Shown: piece by piece, positions 31,337-47,146 of the stretch
Layout of the letters: each line of letters opens with the position of its first letter
Numbering within the stretch: position 1 is the stretch's first letter
Assembly: GCA_951406725.2 (NCBI GenBank)
Contig: OX597818.1
Location: forward strand, 7,192,001-7,256,000
Direction of reading: 5' to 3'
DNA: 64,000 nucleotides
Source: Octopus vulgaris
Taxonomy: Eukaryota
The notes under the pieces: generated by a model
The model's input: the letters and a program-made list of their open reading frames with translations, nothing else
What the model was told of the DNA's origin: nothing
Database searches by the model: none
Position numbers and translations under genes: made by a program

Positions 31337-33029
31337 TGTCATTATTAAGTCAATTTTTCCTTTCTCCTTAGCAATTAGTAGAACTCTTGCTGATATAAAA
31401 CCCGCTTTGCTTTACTATTCAATTTAAGACGACCGCAAGAAAATCTATTGGTATTATATAAAACAGCAAAATGTCTTAAAATTGGTTCCTATGATAATTA
31501 TTGTATGGGAGAACAGATAAAACCTAGAAACAGAATGTGTTGTGAGAAAATGAAAAATGCTAAAGAGAATTGAAGCATAGAGAGAAAGCTAGAAACGGAT
31601 ATGAGAGATAAGGCAATGAAGTTTTTAAAGAATTTTATAGGGACTTTAGCCATAAGAATTTGTTGAAAAATCATCTGTAATTCTCTCGTTTTATGTCGTT
31701 CATGCTTCATATTTTCGTTTATTTGCTTCGCCCGATATCTTTTATTTCCGATTTATTTGTTTTTCGTGAGTCATTTGACTTTAGACTAAGTGTCTGAGTT
31801 TCACATCTCATTCAATGTTTGATGGTACATTTCAGAATACAGACACGCACGTACGCACACGTGCGCACACACACTCCCATATAGATATTGCATATTCATC
31901 ATTCATAACTTCATTAAACTATGTTCAGCATACTACTGCTGCAGTTTTGACACATGTATCGAACAAAACGCATTAAAATATACTGTACACTTATATCGCA
32001 ATTGATATACGAACACATACACATAAATCTGTATATGCATGTATTTTGTGCGCGCGCGTGCATGAGTGTGTATGTATTTTTATCTTTTTAAAACTTATAT
32101 GCGTTTATCAATATATGTGTATTACGTTCTTTAGTGTACTTTTATCATTGAATACACTGATGTAACATTTAAATGAATATTGAAGTAAGGTTCACTTCAA
32201 AAATAGAGAGTTCTTACATAACACGCTTCCGTCACAATATAATTTAAAATGATTATCCTACTTAGTTCCTTGTTAGAAGTTCATCACGGAAAAACCAGTG
32301 TAAATTTATAGTTTATAAAAATTCACAAATATCAAAATTGCTGCTTAACTTCCATAAATTAACGCATCTTTGACTTTTATTAATCAAGTAAATATGAAAA
32401 TATATTTAGTTCAACTCCTGACACAGTCTCTGCATCATTATTTTGTTCTCGTATTTTATCCCTCTATTTCATTATCTGATTCAGTGCTTCCTAGATCTTG
32501 TGCCTACGGTGACTACGACGACCGCCACCGTTGTAATCACCATCACAACCAAAACCACCACCACCGCCACCACCACCACCACCAACAACAACAATAAGGA
32601 TTACTACAACAATGACAAAAAGGAAAACAAGAACGAAGATATCGAAAACAGCAGCAGCAACAACAACAACAATAATAATGGCCACAACGGCAATATCAAA
32701 TAATCCCTTACAATGACTTCAAAATCAATTCCGCTATTTGTTAGTGTAATACTAACATGGATTAATTTAGCACTGGAGGTCACCAAGGTGTCCATTTTGA
32801 GGTACTGACATTGGTTAGCCTAGCTGGACATAACTATGCTTCCTTAAGAAGAGAAAGAAAATAGAAATTAAAATAGGGGTTAGAATCCCAACGCCAGCAA
32901 AAACATAGAAGTGCTTGAATGATGTGTACAGATCAGTATGGTATCTGAGAAGACGAAGATAGTACTGAACGATAGAAATTTTCTGCTTTATTAAAGAAGA
33001 AACTATAAATATATCAGCGGATACATGCT

Positions 33030-34700
33030 CCTCGTAGGAATATATACACCTGAAGTTGTATTTAGGGAAACGTTTAAGGTGATGCTAAACAGCGTGTTTT
33101 CTGATGTAAACATTATATATTTTAGAATGACTCTAGAAGGGTATAGGGAGATCGTAATCATGAGATCAATCCCACATAAAATGTTATGGTATAGATGCAG
33201 CTCACTAAAAGAAATAACGAGCATCACCAGCCTCTTTTGCTTGAAGAATGAGGACTCTGTGAGTGTTGTGGTAGAATGAAGGAAAGCCAAGTGTTAATCT
33301 TGTGGGAACATATGCACAAAAATAATACCGAGAACAAACGATAAACAAGAACAATAAATCCTAAAAGAATCCTCATAGCTACCAAACCTGCCACATTGAC
33401 CCCCCTACAACAGCAACAGAAGCACACACATGCACAACAATAAAACCATAAACAGAACCGATAACATCACCAATAAACACAACAAAACACAAACAGAAGG
33501 CATATTCAACTTCACCGTAAAAAAATAATGAACAACAATATGGACTATATGGCAAAACATTTCAAAAACAAAATAACAACCGAAGGGGTTGAATTTGAAA
33601 CATTCATTCCCCAAATATCTAAAGACAGTGTATTAATATAAATGAAATTTATCAAACTCTCTTAAACTACTTCCCTGGGACTGCTGAAATTATAAAACAA
33701 ACTGTACACAAAGCATCACTACACATATGCTTTTCAAACAACGCTCTCATGCGAAAGAACGCGGACCTCGCGATGATGAAGGTGAGTAACCTCTCCATTG
33801 TTTGAATGCGTAAATGTATGTAGTCTGTGGTCTGCTTGGAAGCAGGATCACAAGCTCAGCAACCCCAAATCATTTAAAATAGATGTGGTAGCCATTACTG
33901 AAACAAATATTTCCCGAATGCACGCACAGTACCATTTGTGACGACTACAAGGCATATACATATTGTGGTCAGATGGGATTCGGCGGTTAAATATCAGTAC
34001 TTTTCCGGCAAGAATATTTAACGGTACAGACGATCGCACAGGTAAGTCAGTGATATTAGATGGGAATGAGAGTAAAGGCTGTGCCTTCAGGATAACAACT
34101 GCCTATGTTTGAACTGTCTGCCAGGAATCAGATTGATATCAATCATGCCCTATTGTAAACTAGGATAACCCACAGCCTGTCATCCAAACTTTAGTCGCGA
34201 ACTGCAGTCTTGTTGTAGCCGGTTACATTATCGCCTTCAAATGTTGGTTCATTATAACATAGATTATAAAATTTAGGAGGCCAAGATAAATACTGAATTA
34301 TACTTACAGTTTCAAATCGTTTACTCGGTTCTTCAAAAACGCCTGCTCCTCTTTCGACTGTTTATTTTAGTGAAGATGCTGCTCAAGGGATTGGAGATTT
34401 TGCGGTGGATCTTGTTCAATATTAGACACAGACGATTCATGTCTTGCTATTACCAGGTCTTCATCGCACTCTACCAGCTGGGGTATACGGTTAGTGGAAA
34501 GTTGACTCTAATGTAGCGGATACTAGATCACATTCAGACAACCACGGTATTAGATAAGAACGTGGATTTCGACGAGAACGATCGGAACATCGCTTGTCGA
34601 AGGAATTCTGTTAGAGGATGATGGACAATTTGCAAAAATCTTTATCCAAGCAGTAATATTTCGATGAAATACTCGATCAGAACAAGATTCTTTCACATGG
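33030..34700 (+). mobile_element. Older L1/Tx1-like relic related to 27800-30465
   Basis: CVNVCSLWSAWKQDHKL..IDVVAITET (APE motif I/II-like) at ~33805-33910 and VILDGNESKGCAFRITTAY at ~34050; heavily decayed. Confidence 0.55.
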
Positions 34701-34882
34701 AAGTGTTATTTTATTTAACCTTTCTGCAATGCGCGCAAAGTGACTAAAAGCAGCTGAGTCGTTACTACTGCATTTATTGCTGTTGCTGCAGAAACAACTA
34801 CCAAACCTTGAATAATAATGATGATAACAACAACAACAACAGCAACAACAACAACAACAGCAACAACAACAACAACAACAAC

Positions 34883-34932
<50 letters not shown>

Positions 34933-34971
34933 ATTTATGTCGATTGAGACAATCATATCGATGAGGATGGG

Positions 34972-35024
<53 letters not shown>

Positions 35025-35034
35025 TGTTATTGCG

Positions 35035-35240
35035 AAGGCGGCGATCTGACAGGATTTTTAGCCTAGCAGCATTTTGTCCGTCTTTCCCTTCTGAGTCGAA
35101 ATGCCCTTAGGGTCGACTTTACCTTACATTCTTTTGGGTTCGACAAAATAAGTACCAGCTGAGCACTGAGGTAAATCTAGTCGACTACCCCAAACCTTGA
35201 AGGGAATAATTTTTTTTAGCCTTGTGCTAAACTTTGAAAC
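35035..35240 (+). mobile_element. SINE copy (family of 20680-20885)
   Basis: GGCGGCGATCTGACAGGAT..TTCTGAGTCGAAAT..GGTCGACTTTACC..AAAATAAGTACCAGCTGAGCACTG. Confidence 0.7.
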
Positions 35241-35383
35241 CATTATTGTTATTAAGTGAAAGGGCAGCGCATGCTGTCAAAGTGACATTGGTGTACAAGT
35301 ATACTAAGCACAATGAAGAAAAACTGGCACTCCGTCGGTTACGATTACGAGGGTGCCAGTAGATCCGATCAACGGAATATCCT

Positions 35384-35416
<33 letters not shown>

Positions 35417-35559
35417 CCTTCCTTCTATAGGCACAAAGCTGGAATTTTGGGGAAAGGACTTGCTCGATTACATTGACCCCAGTACTATATTCGGGATACT
35501 TTTGATTTCTGTCTACAATCAACATTTTTAAGCACCGAGGCCGTGTTAAGCGGTCGAAT

Positions 35560-37310
35560 AAAAGTATTCCATCAAAATTTCTCTGTAGATTATTGAGATT
35601 TGCGTTACAAAGTAACACAATGAAATTTGAACAAAGATTTTACCATAGGCGAGGGGTTGGACCATGAGTACTCCCATGGCAGTTAATTTCGCTAATGTCT
35701 TCATGACGAAATTCGAGACACAGCTACTGAAGACATTCAAATCCTTTCATGGTCATGAACCAATACTTTGTTCACGGTTCACTGATGGCGTCTTTATTGT
35801 CTGAGAGGGCTCTCAGGATAGTTTACTTGAGTTCTTGCTTTTCTGTGAGTGTTATGCTAAAAACTATGGCACTAAGTCCAACATAAAATTTACGTCTAGT
35901 GTTTCAAAACTAGCATTGAATTTTTAGTCACAATAGTTAAGTTTTTTTCTGGAGGCAGAGTAGTGACAGAGTTATTTTGCAAGCCCACGTCATCCCACAT
36001 TTACCTTCAACGTCGGTCCGATCATCCACATCATATTATTCGGTCAAATCCGAAATCCTAATATCTAAGGATAAAACGGATTTGTACTGCCATAGGTAAT
36101 TACTGGAAACATGCAAATGCTTTTGTACATCATTATGTCAAACGCGTTTACAGTGAATCATGATGAAATGAAATAGCTAATGAAATAGCTAAGTTTAGCA
36201 AAGATTGTCAAATCTTCACGCGTAGTTTTAGCAAACACAGTACAATAGATGACAGAATTCCTTTAGTGGTTAACTGGTACCGACATTTAGCTGGCATTTC
36301 AAGTGTTGTATGAAAGTTATCAGCATGGTGCGAAAAATATCCGCGTTTCAAACGGATATTTCCTCAGCCAATATTTCTTCAAGAATTTTTATCACTTCTT
36401 ATTTTGAACTTGACAAAGACAGGCTTACTGTCGAAATATTGTTCAACCAATAAAATATCTATTACAATAGAATCGCACTCTTCGCCTTTAGACGGAATAA
36501 GACTATAAGAGAATTATTGACCTCTATTTCTGATTCCAAGAAAACGAACATTGGAGTATCTACACGCTGTACCTTGAAAAACAGCCGCAAGAGAGGAAAG
36601 ACCTGTTCACTGTGCAACAACATGAGTCAAGTGAATTCCATTTGGCATCATAACAGAAATGCTACGATTTATACCGAAGCTGGGACATGTAGAGATTCCC
36701 AGTTGGTGTACTCGGCAGAATGCATGAAACACAACTTGATTTATTTTGGTTCTACAACTGAACAATTAAACAAAAGATTTAATGGGCACAGATATGACGT
36801 CAGGCACAATAACAGCCGTTCGACAGAACTTGCTGAACAGTTTTTTCTTTAAACGGCTGCAATTTTGAAAAAGACTTCAAAGTGCATATTCTCAGAAAAT
36901 AGTCTGAATCTACTTCATTTTCACTTCTCAAAATGCATGAAGAGAAATATGCTTGCGGTTATTAACATCACGCCCTGGAGAAATGATTAAAATGGAGATT
37001 AATGATCAAATTTATACAAAACTGTTTAATTAAATATTTTCCTTTCCTTTTTTTCTTTCCTCTTTCTTTCTGTCTCTTTTTTTTCTGTCTTTTTCTTTTC
37101 GCCTGTTATAAAATTGAATCTTAAAGTCTGATGATGTCATTCCATTAGCGTGTGGACACTGGTTTCTCTCTTTCATACTTTAAATTTAAATTTCTATAAT
37201 TTTGAATTTTTATAACTTCTTATTTTGAACTCGACAAAGACAGGTTTACTGTCGAAATATTGTTCAACCTATAAAATATTTATTACAATAGAATCGCGCT
37301 CTTCGTCTAG
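35560..37310 (+). mobile_element. Decayed Penelope-like element (Neptune-like RT-thumb-GIY-YIG)
   Basis: MSTPMAVNFANVFM, LFCKPTSSHIYL..SDHPHHI, YLRIKRIC, AFRRNKTIRELL, CSLC, TCRDSQLVYSAEC..IYFGSTTEQLNKRFNGH; 3' repeat with a hammerhead-like fold. Confidence 0.85.
37225..37267 (+). ncRNA. Degenerate minimal hammerhead (second copy 36404-36446)
   Basis: TTGAAC-TCGACAAA-GACAG..CTGTC-GAAA-TA-TT-GTTCAA: stems I and II intact, CUGANGA box mutated. Confidence 0.5.
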
Positions 37311-38107
37311 AGTAATAACAACAACAGCAGCAGTAGCAGCAGCAACAACAACAACAACAACAACAATAATAATAATAATAAATACCCTGCTGCAGTACCA
37401 GACACTGGCTCTCATGGCTTCTCATCTCAACTCATTGAAGTGTTATCATGTACATCATGTTGTCTTGGTGTAAAAGATGTGCTACAGCAAATATTCTACT
37501 CAATACCACAGATTTGCTTGTCAGTTGTTTAACCTCAACCAGATGAGCGTCTCCCTTGTGACTGACGGTATGTGCATCTCTGATCACAAGCAGAAGTAGT
37601 GGGGGAGAATCATAGCCTTGTGTTGAGAGGCATTCTTTGGGATTTGGATAATTCACCTTTGTTGGTGGTGGTGAGGAGGAGGAGAAAGAAGAGGAGGAGG
37701 AGGATAGAATCTATGATAATAACGTTATTATATTTAATGCACTGAGCTGGCACAATTGTTAAGGCGTCGGACTTAATGACTAGCGGCATTTCTTCCGGCT
37801 CTTTACGTTCTGAGCTAAAATGTCCTCACCTCCTAAAATATTGACTTGCCAATATTTTAAAGACTTACAATAATAATAATAATGATAATAAATTTTTTTC
37901 TGTTAAGCCTGTTTACAAGCAAAAACACTTACATCAACACACACATACACAACCACTTAATGTGTTGTCCTATGCCACCCTGAACGTTTATTTTTCTCTA
38001 TGTAAACCCTCTGTTGTTGTCGTTAAGAATAATAATGATAATAACAATTATAATTATAATAATAGTAATAGTAATAATAATTATCATTATCCTAATTATC
38101 ATTTTCA

Positions 38108-38180
<73 letters not shown>

Positions 38181-38520
38181 CATCATCATCATCATTATTA
38201 TTATTGTGAATGTTATTCTTATATATAACACAAGGTCAAAGTTTTATTGGTTTCTCAGGTGGCTTTTAAGAAAATTATAAAACAGTAAAGCAAACTATAA
38301 TAATGCCGGCAAAACAACGAAATAAAATGGCGGCAAAGCCAGAAAATAACAAAGCAAATTTGGCGGCAAAGTAACTGGTCAACGTGTTCCTGTCTGATGA
38401 TCAAGTGATACAGGAAGCCATTAATCAAACAGTTACGTTTTATGAAGCGCATATAAGTTGGCCATCCAATAAATTCACATTCTTCTGGTTAGCTTAAAAA
38501 AAAACAGAATAACACACACA

Positions 38521-38603
<83 letters not shown>

Positions 38604-40882
38604 TATATATATGTGTGTGTGTGTATTTGTGTGTATGTATGTATGTATTTATGTATCTACGTGTATATATGTGTGTATATATTTATGTATGTATGCATAT
38701 ATATATGTGTGTCTATGTGACTCTAGTTTAGTCTTATACCTATGTCAGTTATTATTATATGTTTGTATGAGAGTTTGTTTCTTCTATGTATGCTTATGTT
38801 TTATTCAAGCATAATAACCATTGTGAAATCTGCTAATTTAAACTGTCGCTGTGTAGAAATTTTATGAGTTATGATTCTCTCTGTCTCATTAAGAACAGAC
38901 AGCACATGTTTGTTATGCCAAAAGTTGGGAAAGTTTACAAAAAACAATAGAGACAAAAGGCTAATTTATTTTATCACGGTGTGTCACACAAACTGATTTA
39001 CGATATAACATAAGAATAAACTAAAATTTACCTTTCCAACTATCCACCAATCTATTGACCTGAGTAATTATCGATATTTTCTCTCTATCGTTCTTCTGCT
39101 ATTATAAGCTATCGCTCTCGTGATCTACATACATCATAATCTCATTCTATCTATGTATTTATATATATGTTTCAAATTTTATTTGTTTCAGTCACTGGAC
39201 TGTGGCCATGCTCGGGCACTACCTTGAAGAATTTTTTTTATCCAAAGAATATCCCACAGTACTTATTTATTCTAAAAGCCTGGTAGGTATTCTGTCAGTC
39301 ACTTTTGCCGGACCGCTAATTTATGGTAGCGAAAGCACACGAAATCTGGCTGTCAGATACACATACATATGCACGCACATACGCACACACTTACACACCA
39401 GCACACACAGCTGCATACATATACGGCTGCATTTATAAGACTCTTTGATTTCAAAGTGAATCTCTGTTTGTTTAGTTCAGATGCATGTGTGTGTGTATAT
39501 ATATATGTCTGTGTATGTGTTTGTGTTCGTGTTTGTGTTCGTGTGTGTTCGTGTGTGTGTGAATGTGTGTGCGTGTTTGTGTGTATATGTTTGTATGTGT
39601 GTGTGTGTGTGTGTATGTGAATGTGCGTTTGAATGTGTGCGTGTATGCTTATATGAATGGATAGGTTGAAGAAGGGAAAATACGTGCTTCGTGTCACAAC
39701 AGAGAAACAAGGAAATAAAAAAAAACTCAATGAAATTAATTTAGTAGGGTAATGTGTGAACTACAGCGACTGCGTATGCGTGAAAATAAGATCCATTGGT
39801 ACTTAAAAGCTTCTTTTCTTTTATGAGTTACGTTTGATTCTCAGAATTTTACTGTTCAGCGTCTCCTAACAGAGAATCAACTTTTACGTCGTCTCGTTTT
39901 CCAAAATAATTAATTTATTTTTTTTCATCGCACGAAAACTACTTTTGTGCAGTTGTTTAGTATGACCGTTCCTATACTTTCACATCCAGAATGAAAGTTT
40001 ATTTAGATATTCCTGTGAAAAGTGTCCTCTATGATTATTTTTGTAATAGAATTTAATAAAGAAGACACAGTTGTATATAATAAAATTATACTGACACATT
40101 ATCACGCGTGATTTGTTCACTTTTAACTCGATGTCTCACGCATATCCTAATCCCGACAAAGCATTTACACCATGTAAAAAAAATTGGTGTATAAGTTTAA
40201 ACGATTAAATTTCTAATAAAAAAAATACGGCACCTTCCATCGTGTCCCCTAGATATTTGTCTTCCCAAAAGGGCGACACTACTCACGCTGCGTAGCGCTG
40301 TCTAATAGGCTATTACTTGTTATAGAACTGTCTGAATTAGAGGTAATGGCAATGTCCATTTCTAAGGTTCAAGAATAATTTTATTAAAATAATTTATGGT
40401 TGATTATGAGAAAAATTAATTGAACATTATTTAGAGATAGATATGAGATTAATATTTATAAAATTTTTTTAGAAATTGATCCGATGAATGATGTAGTGAT
40501 TTTTTCAGTAACAAGCAGTGGTCCATCTATACAATTGTCATTAAAGTGTTCTTGCCGCAAATTCACGAAGGGTTATATTACAGTTTACGGAAACAGATAT
40601 AATTGTGTCGTATGATATGCCTGCATGTATATTTGCGCTGAAATATGTTAAATAAATGAATAAACAGATAAGTAGATAAATAGATAAATAAATAAATAAA
40701 ATTGATGACCGACTATTAATATACATGACATAGCAGCGAATTCATTATAGTTTCCCTCTTTGAAATCAAGATTATAAGGAAGTGACAAATTTTGCTCATG
40801 TCACTTGATAAAAGAAAATTTTCGAAATTACTATATTTATTTATAGTATTCCTTATTTGTTTATAGTATTCCTTAGACTCTT

Positions 40883-40941
<59 letters not shown>

Positions 40942-41705
40942 ATTCTTTCTCTCACGCACAGAAGTTCTGTAAATTTTAATCTGCAGAATTCCAGGAGATA
41001 CACATATAGAAACGAATGCGAACTTCCATACTATATCTGCTTCAGGATTCTTCTAGATTCCTGTTTAGATGACCTAACATAATACATTATTTTGTTTAGT
41101 CGGTAACAGAAATTATAAATAAACAAGAGTCCTGGAAAGAAACAGTGGGTATTTATTTCCAGGAATGTAAAACCCGAGTACCTAGAGTTTATATGAGCGG
41201 GTGTTATTCTGTAATACGTTTTAACCAAGCAGATACAATCATGCTGGGGTTGCTGTGTAAAAACTGTATTATGCATCGTGGGTATTAGGATAATAAAAGT
41301 AAACAATTTCACTAGCGCAAAGGAAAAAATTCATAAATTCAGTATTTTAATCGGAAAAATGCAATTTAAATTACAGTACAAAAAGGTTAGTTTAAGATTT
41401 AGAGTATATATGGGATTATTGAATTAGAATTTGTACAGAAGATTTGTAGAAAAATGTGAAATTCATTTTCTTAACTTGATATATCTTTTATTTAGATTTC
41501 TTATCACATTCTCCTTTAAATATACATAAATCAAAATAGATCTTCACGTTGACTCGGACGTAGTTATGTATATTATGTATGTATGTATGTAAGTATGTAT
41601 GTATGTATGCATGCATGCATGTAGATGTGCATGGATACATGCATGTATGTACACATATATACATATATATATCGATATATACATACATATATATATATAT
41701 ATACT

Positions 41706-41766
<61 letters not shown>

Positions 41767-41783
41767 ATATATATATATATACT

Positions 41784-41825
<42 letters not shown>

Positions 41826-43092
41826 GTATACATATATATGCATGTATGTGTGTTTATATACTGCTTCATTAATCAATTGAATTTCGTAATTCATGTCTAT
41901 TAGAGACAGCAGTTAAAAAGACACTTTAAATATAAGGAAATATTACTGCAAAATATTTACTTAGCTGCATTATTTAGAGGGTGGTTCCATGGGGAGTTGT
42001 CGCAAATACAGAGCACTCACCTACATGCCATAGAATTTTTAGTGATATCCCATAAAGACTTTAACTTTCACCACTCCAACATGGACAAAATAACTAGTAA
42101 GCACGTAATCGTTGTTGATCCACTCAATTATGCACGTGCTGTATAAATTCATAGATTTCTATTAATGTAAAAATGCATTACTTTCATGTTGGTGGACCTT
42201 GTGAAAACGAAAAAAGAATTATCAATATTTTCCCGATGGACTAGAGTTTACAATAGATTTCGTAGTTAGCTCATGACGTGTCAAGACTGTGACAAAGCTT
42301 AAATAATTCAGTAAAGATATGGTAATTTCATTTCCAATGCTATCGAGTGTAGCGACATCAGATTTAGTTGAAAAATCTAGTCTTGTGCTTCATAACAAAG
42401 TGTTGTTGTTTTTTTCTAAAGATACCAAAAATTATGAATCGATTAGCTAAATGACATATTTTAAAATGTACTTCCAAATCCTCTCAATTCGATTTTTGTA
42501 TCTCTATTAGGGATGAACCTCTGCTTTGATACATGTAGATAAAAAAATTTATCCAGTCATTGTCATTACAAATCCTAAATGAAAGACTTTTGTACTTTAC
42601 AGCAAATATAACAATTAACTGAAGTTTGACATTAGCCTGAATTTGATAACGTATATCAAACGTACTGCTAGACATTCTGAAAACAAAAAAATAGCAAAAG
42701 TGCAAAAAAGTAACAAACAAAGAAATAGTCAATATCGACATTTTAAAACTTCTCTCTAGTGTAGATTAAAAATATGCAGCTATGGGGAAGTAACCATACA
42801 TATTTATAGTTATTTAAGGTTTCTGATTTGTTTAATATCGTTTCATCTTTGGGAAAAAAATTAGGAAAAGATAAAACGTTATTAAATCTATAACATGTCT
42901 CAAAGATGAAAAACAGGAAAATAAGAGATGTTAGACATGAAAAGAAAGTCAGGAAGAGTTCTGACACTAAACAGAAGCCGCATGTATGCAGCATTACAAC
43001 AATTCATGTCTGTGCACGAGTTTCCAAGAATATGCATTTCTTCTGTTACCACCTGATTCTCTTAACCATGCCGTTGGTTTTTATGTCGAAAC

Positions 43093-43228
<136 letters not shown>

Positions 43229-43361
43229 CCAATCTAATCTTCTCTCCCAGTTTTTCTTTTGTTGCTATTTCTATGTACGTACACACGCAAATATGTATGT
43301 ATGTATGCACGTACGCACGTGTGTGTGCAGGTAGGTATGTATGCATGTAGTCTACATATAC

Positions 43362-43885
<524 letters not shown>

Positions 43886-43908
43886 TATGTATGTATGTAT
43901 AAAAAAAA

Positions 43909-43957
<49 letters not shown>

Positions 43958-44049
43958 TAATAATAATAATAATAATAATGATAATAACAGTAATACTCGG
44001 CGTACATATTGAATATCTATTCATCCGTTGATAGTCTAGATATTCTATT

Positions 44050-45060
44050 ACTGACGCTTCTTGGTGTGCATCGCAATATATGTTCCTGGTGATTGGATCC
44101 TCGACTCTTATATTTTAAGTTCTCATTTGACTTATTGAATGGTTCAGATTTCTCATTAATGAGGCTGAGTTTTGTGCCAAGTAATTTTACCACTTTGTGA
44201 TGTTTTCAGTTTTATTTCTAATCAAACGTTCTTTAAGAATTTTGAGTTTTTCTTGCACCTTTCTATTTCTAATTTGAAAATTTTGTGTTTAGTGAACAAT
44301 GCGTCATCTCTATAAAATCCTACCCCATATTCGTTAGCCAATGTTCTATTTACGTTAATAAGTGTATGCCTACTACGTCCGTGATTTGCGTAGACTTGAT
44401 AGTCCCCATCGTTATGCCAAATGAATCAAACTTATCCGATCGAGTAAATAGCATTCCTCTGTATTCTATTATATTACTTCTAGCTGCTAAAATTATATCA
44501 GTTTGTTCCCTAGTTAGGTCGAATGTTGGTTTTAGCGCCTCGTTTAGTAGAAATGGGTTTATAGACTGGTTCGATATGTCCAACTGATCAAAATTGGTAT
44601 TGTTTTTGTTCTCTAGGTTTTTAAACCAAGTGATAATTTCATCGGTGTTAAACCACAATATGAGGTTGGTTACACATTTTAATTTAGGTATTATATTTTC
44701 CATTATTACTTTGCTAATTATACCTATATCTGATTTGGACGGGCATATAAATCTTACTGTTGGGTTATTATGGAATTTTTCCTTCTGTTTTTTTTTTGTG
44801 CTTATTCCAGGTGTTATATGTCTGTAAGGTCTAGTTTTATCATGTATACCTAACTTCATAACTATTTCGAGTCCATTCTTATTTATATTATCAAGTGTGT
44901 TGCGAGGTGTGTACTTCTATTTGCTATATAACTGCTTGGTTTATAAGTTCGGTGTATCTGTATTTTTCTGCACGTTCTAATATTCCAGTTGCGTTCCTGA
45001 ATATCTGAAGCAGTTCATTTAATTTCCTCTGGAAAATAATATTTCGAAAAGAAGTAAGGA
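44050..45060 (-). mobile_element. Naiad-like PLE reverse transcriptase fragment
   Basis: FHNNPTVRFICPSKSDIGIISK, WFNTDEIITWFKN, FGITMGT..ITDVVG, GFYRDDALF (YRDD catalytic motif). Confidence 0.8.
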
Positions 45061-45156
45061 ATTATAGAATAGTAAAAGAACCCAAACAAATAAATGAAAA
45101 TATCAATTTTTAAGATGAAACGCACTATAACAACAGAAACAGTAAAAAAAGTCACC

Positions 45157-45226
45157 CCCCGGGCCGACCAATCCCTTGTGAGTGGATTTGGTAGACGGAA
45201 ACTGAAAGAAGTCCGTCGTATATATG

Positions 45227-45257
<31 letters not shown>

Positions 45258-45460
45258 CTGTGTTTGTCCCCCTAGCATTGCTTGACAACCGATGCTGGTG
45301 TGTTTACGTCCCCGTAACTTAGCGGTTCGGCAAAAGAGACCGATAGAATAAGTACTGGGCTTACAAAAGAATAAGTCCCGGGGTCGATTTGCTCGACTAA
45401 AGGCGGTGCTCCAGCATGGCCGCAGTCAAATGACTGAAACATGTAAAAGAGTAAAAGAGT
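45157..45460 (+). mobile_element. OK-like SINE, 5'-truncated
   Basis: Near identity to 10060-10365. Confidence 0.9.
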
Positions 45461-46107
45461 ATAAGAGGGTTGGTATTAATCAGTTTGGTCAACAAACCCC
45501 ACTATATAGCAGCTAATCTCTTGGGTTCAAAATTTATTGAGGAGATCAGGTCTTGAATGAAATAGAGCAAGAAATATACTCCTATCGTTAAATCTGCTAA
45601 ATGAATGACCATCCTTAAAATCTACAGAATGAATAGCAAATAAATCCAACAGCATCACACACCTCCAGCCCCATATTACTACTATTCTTTCCCCTATTCC
45701 CATCAACTACCCCCCCTTATCAAGTACATACAGAAATACCCACATAGCTAGATTAGCCATCATACTGGCAAGAAGGGATAAACATCCCTCTGTGATTCCT
45801 CCGATAATATAGTTTCACCTGATGAAATGAATCAATGCTTGTGATCAACAGAATGCCGCAGGTCGTACGGACTATACTGTACTAATCTCAAGGATACCGA
45901 TTCTGGTGTCATATTAAAAGCATGTGATTAGTGGAAACGCACGTACCGGTGTATTAAAATTTTATAAATCCCATGCTATGATTACTGTTATTATAATATT
46001 TATCCTACATTATACTGGTATAACCATGCTGCTCCCTCGAAAAACTGACTCACTAGCTAGAATCATTTGCACAACCCGAATGTTACTATAAACGAATTAT
46101 ATATATA

Positions 46108-46289
46108 TATTAGAGAAAAAAACCACTATTATGCAATTCAAACAATGATAGACATAAACCAAATCATAAATGAAAAATTTAAAAAATTTAATAAAAATAT
46201 ATTTTTTATAAAAATATATTTTATTGTTATTTATGATTTGGTTTATGTCTATCATTGTTTGAATTGCCTAATAGTGTTTTTTCTCTAAT
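46108..46289. repeat. Inverted repeat (~62-bp arms) in AT-rich context
   Basis: ATTAGAGAAAAAA..CAATTCAAACAATGATAGACATAAACCAAATCATAAAT and its reverse complement at 46229-46289. Confidence 0.85.
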
Positions 46290-46368
46290 TTATATATTAT
46301 ATATTTATATTGTGAAATTTGATATAATACTAAATTGAATTTTTCCCAGTAACTTTGGAGTTATACTC

Positions 46369-46447
<79 letters not shown>

Positions 46448-46449
<2 letters not shown>

Positions 46450-46652
46450 AAGTTAATCCAAACAAGAAAGCACAAAAAAAACACAACAACGAGAGGACGT
46501 GGAACAAATATAGTATTATTGGACGCTCAGGAAAGAAGGAAAGAGGGAGGGTTTAACGTTTCGAGCGGCGCTCTTTGTCGGGAATATAGAAGAAGGAAAG
46601 ATCCAGAGAAGGGAAGACAGAGGAAAAAAGTCGCCAACGGTGCACACGAGGT

Positions 46653-46655
<3 letters not shown>
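46448..46655 (-). mobile_element. Short PLE-end-like repeat between TG and CA tracts, with hammerhead-like core
   Basis: - strand CCGACAA-A-GAGC-GCC-GCTC-GAAA-CG-TT (~46555-46582), then a pyrimidine-rich tail ending AACT. Confidence 0.5.
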
Positions 46656-46725
<70 letters not shown>

Positions 46726-46973
46726 ATGTATGTATGTATGTATGTATGTATGTATGTATGTATATGTTTATATTTTATAAACACATGAACACGTACGTAT
46801 ATGAGTGTAAATGTGAGTCATTGTATATCTCAAGGAACAAAAAAGATCATTTTGCCCTGCTAGCTAACGATTCTGCCTTAACTGGAATTTCAAAATCAAA
46901 ATCGACCGAGATCCATTCTCTATACTAGCTCTGAATGCATGTATGAATGTATGTATTTATGCATGTATATATG

Positions 46974-47050
<77 letters not shown>

Positions 47051-47059
47051 TAGATAGAT

Positions 47060-47146
<87 letters not shown>
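46974..47146. repeat. (GATA)n microsatellite
   Basis: Directly visible. Confidence 0.95.

Noticed and set aside
37390-37660. Probable interspersed repeat
   Set aside because: Looks familiar, but there is no second copy or diagnostic motif in this window to support a call
40541-41312. Acceptor-like TTTCAG at ~40640 and signal-peptide-like ORF 41031-41312
   Set aside because: GTG start, no convincing donor sites, no homology I can recognise
45815-45955. CTGATGA ... GAAACGCACGTACCGG as a hammerhead
   Set aside because: Stems I and II cannot be closed convincingly; at best a decayed PLE end
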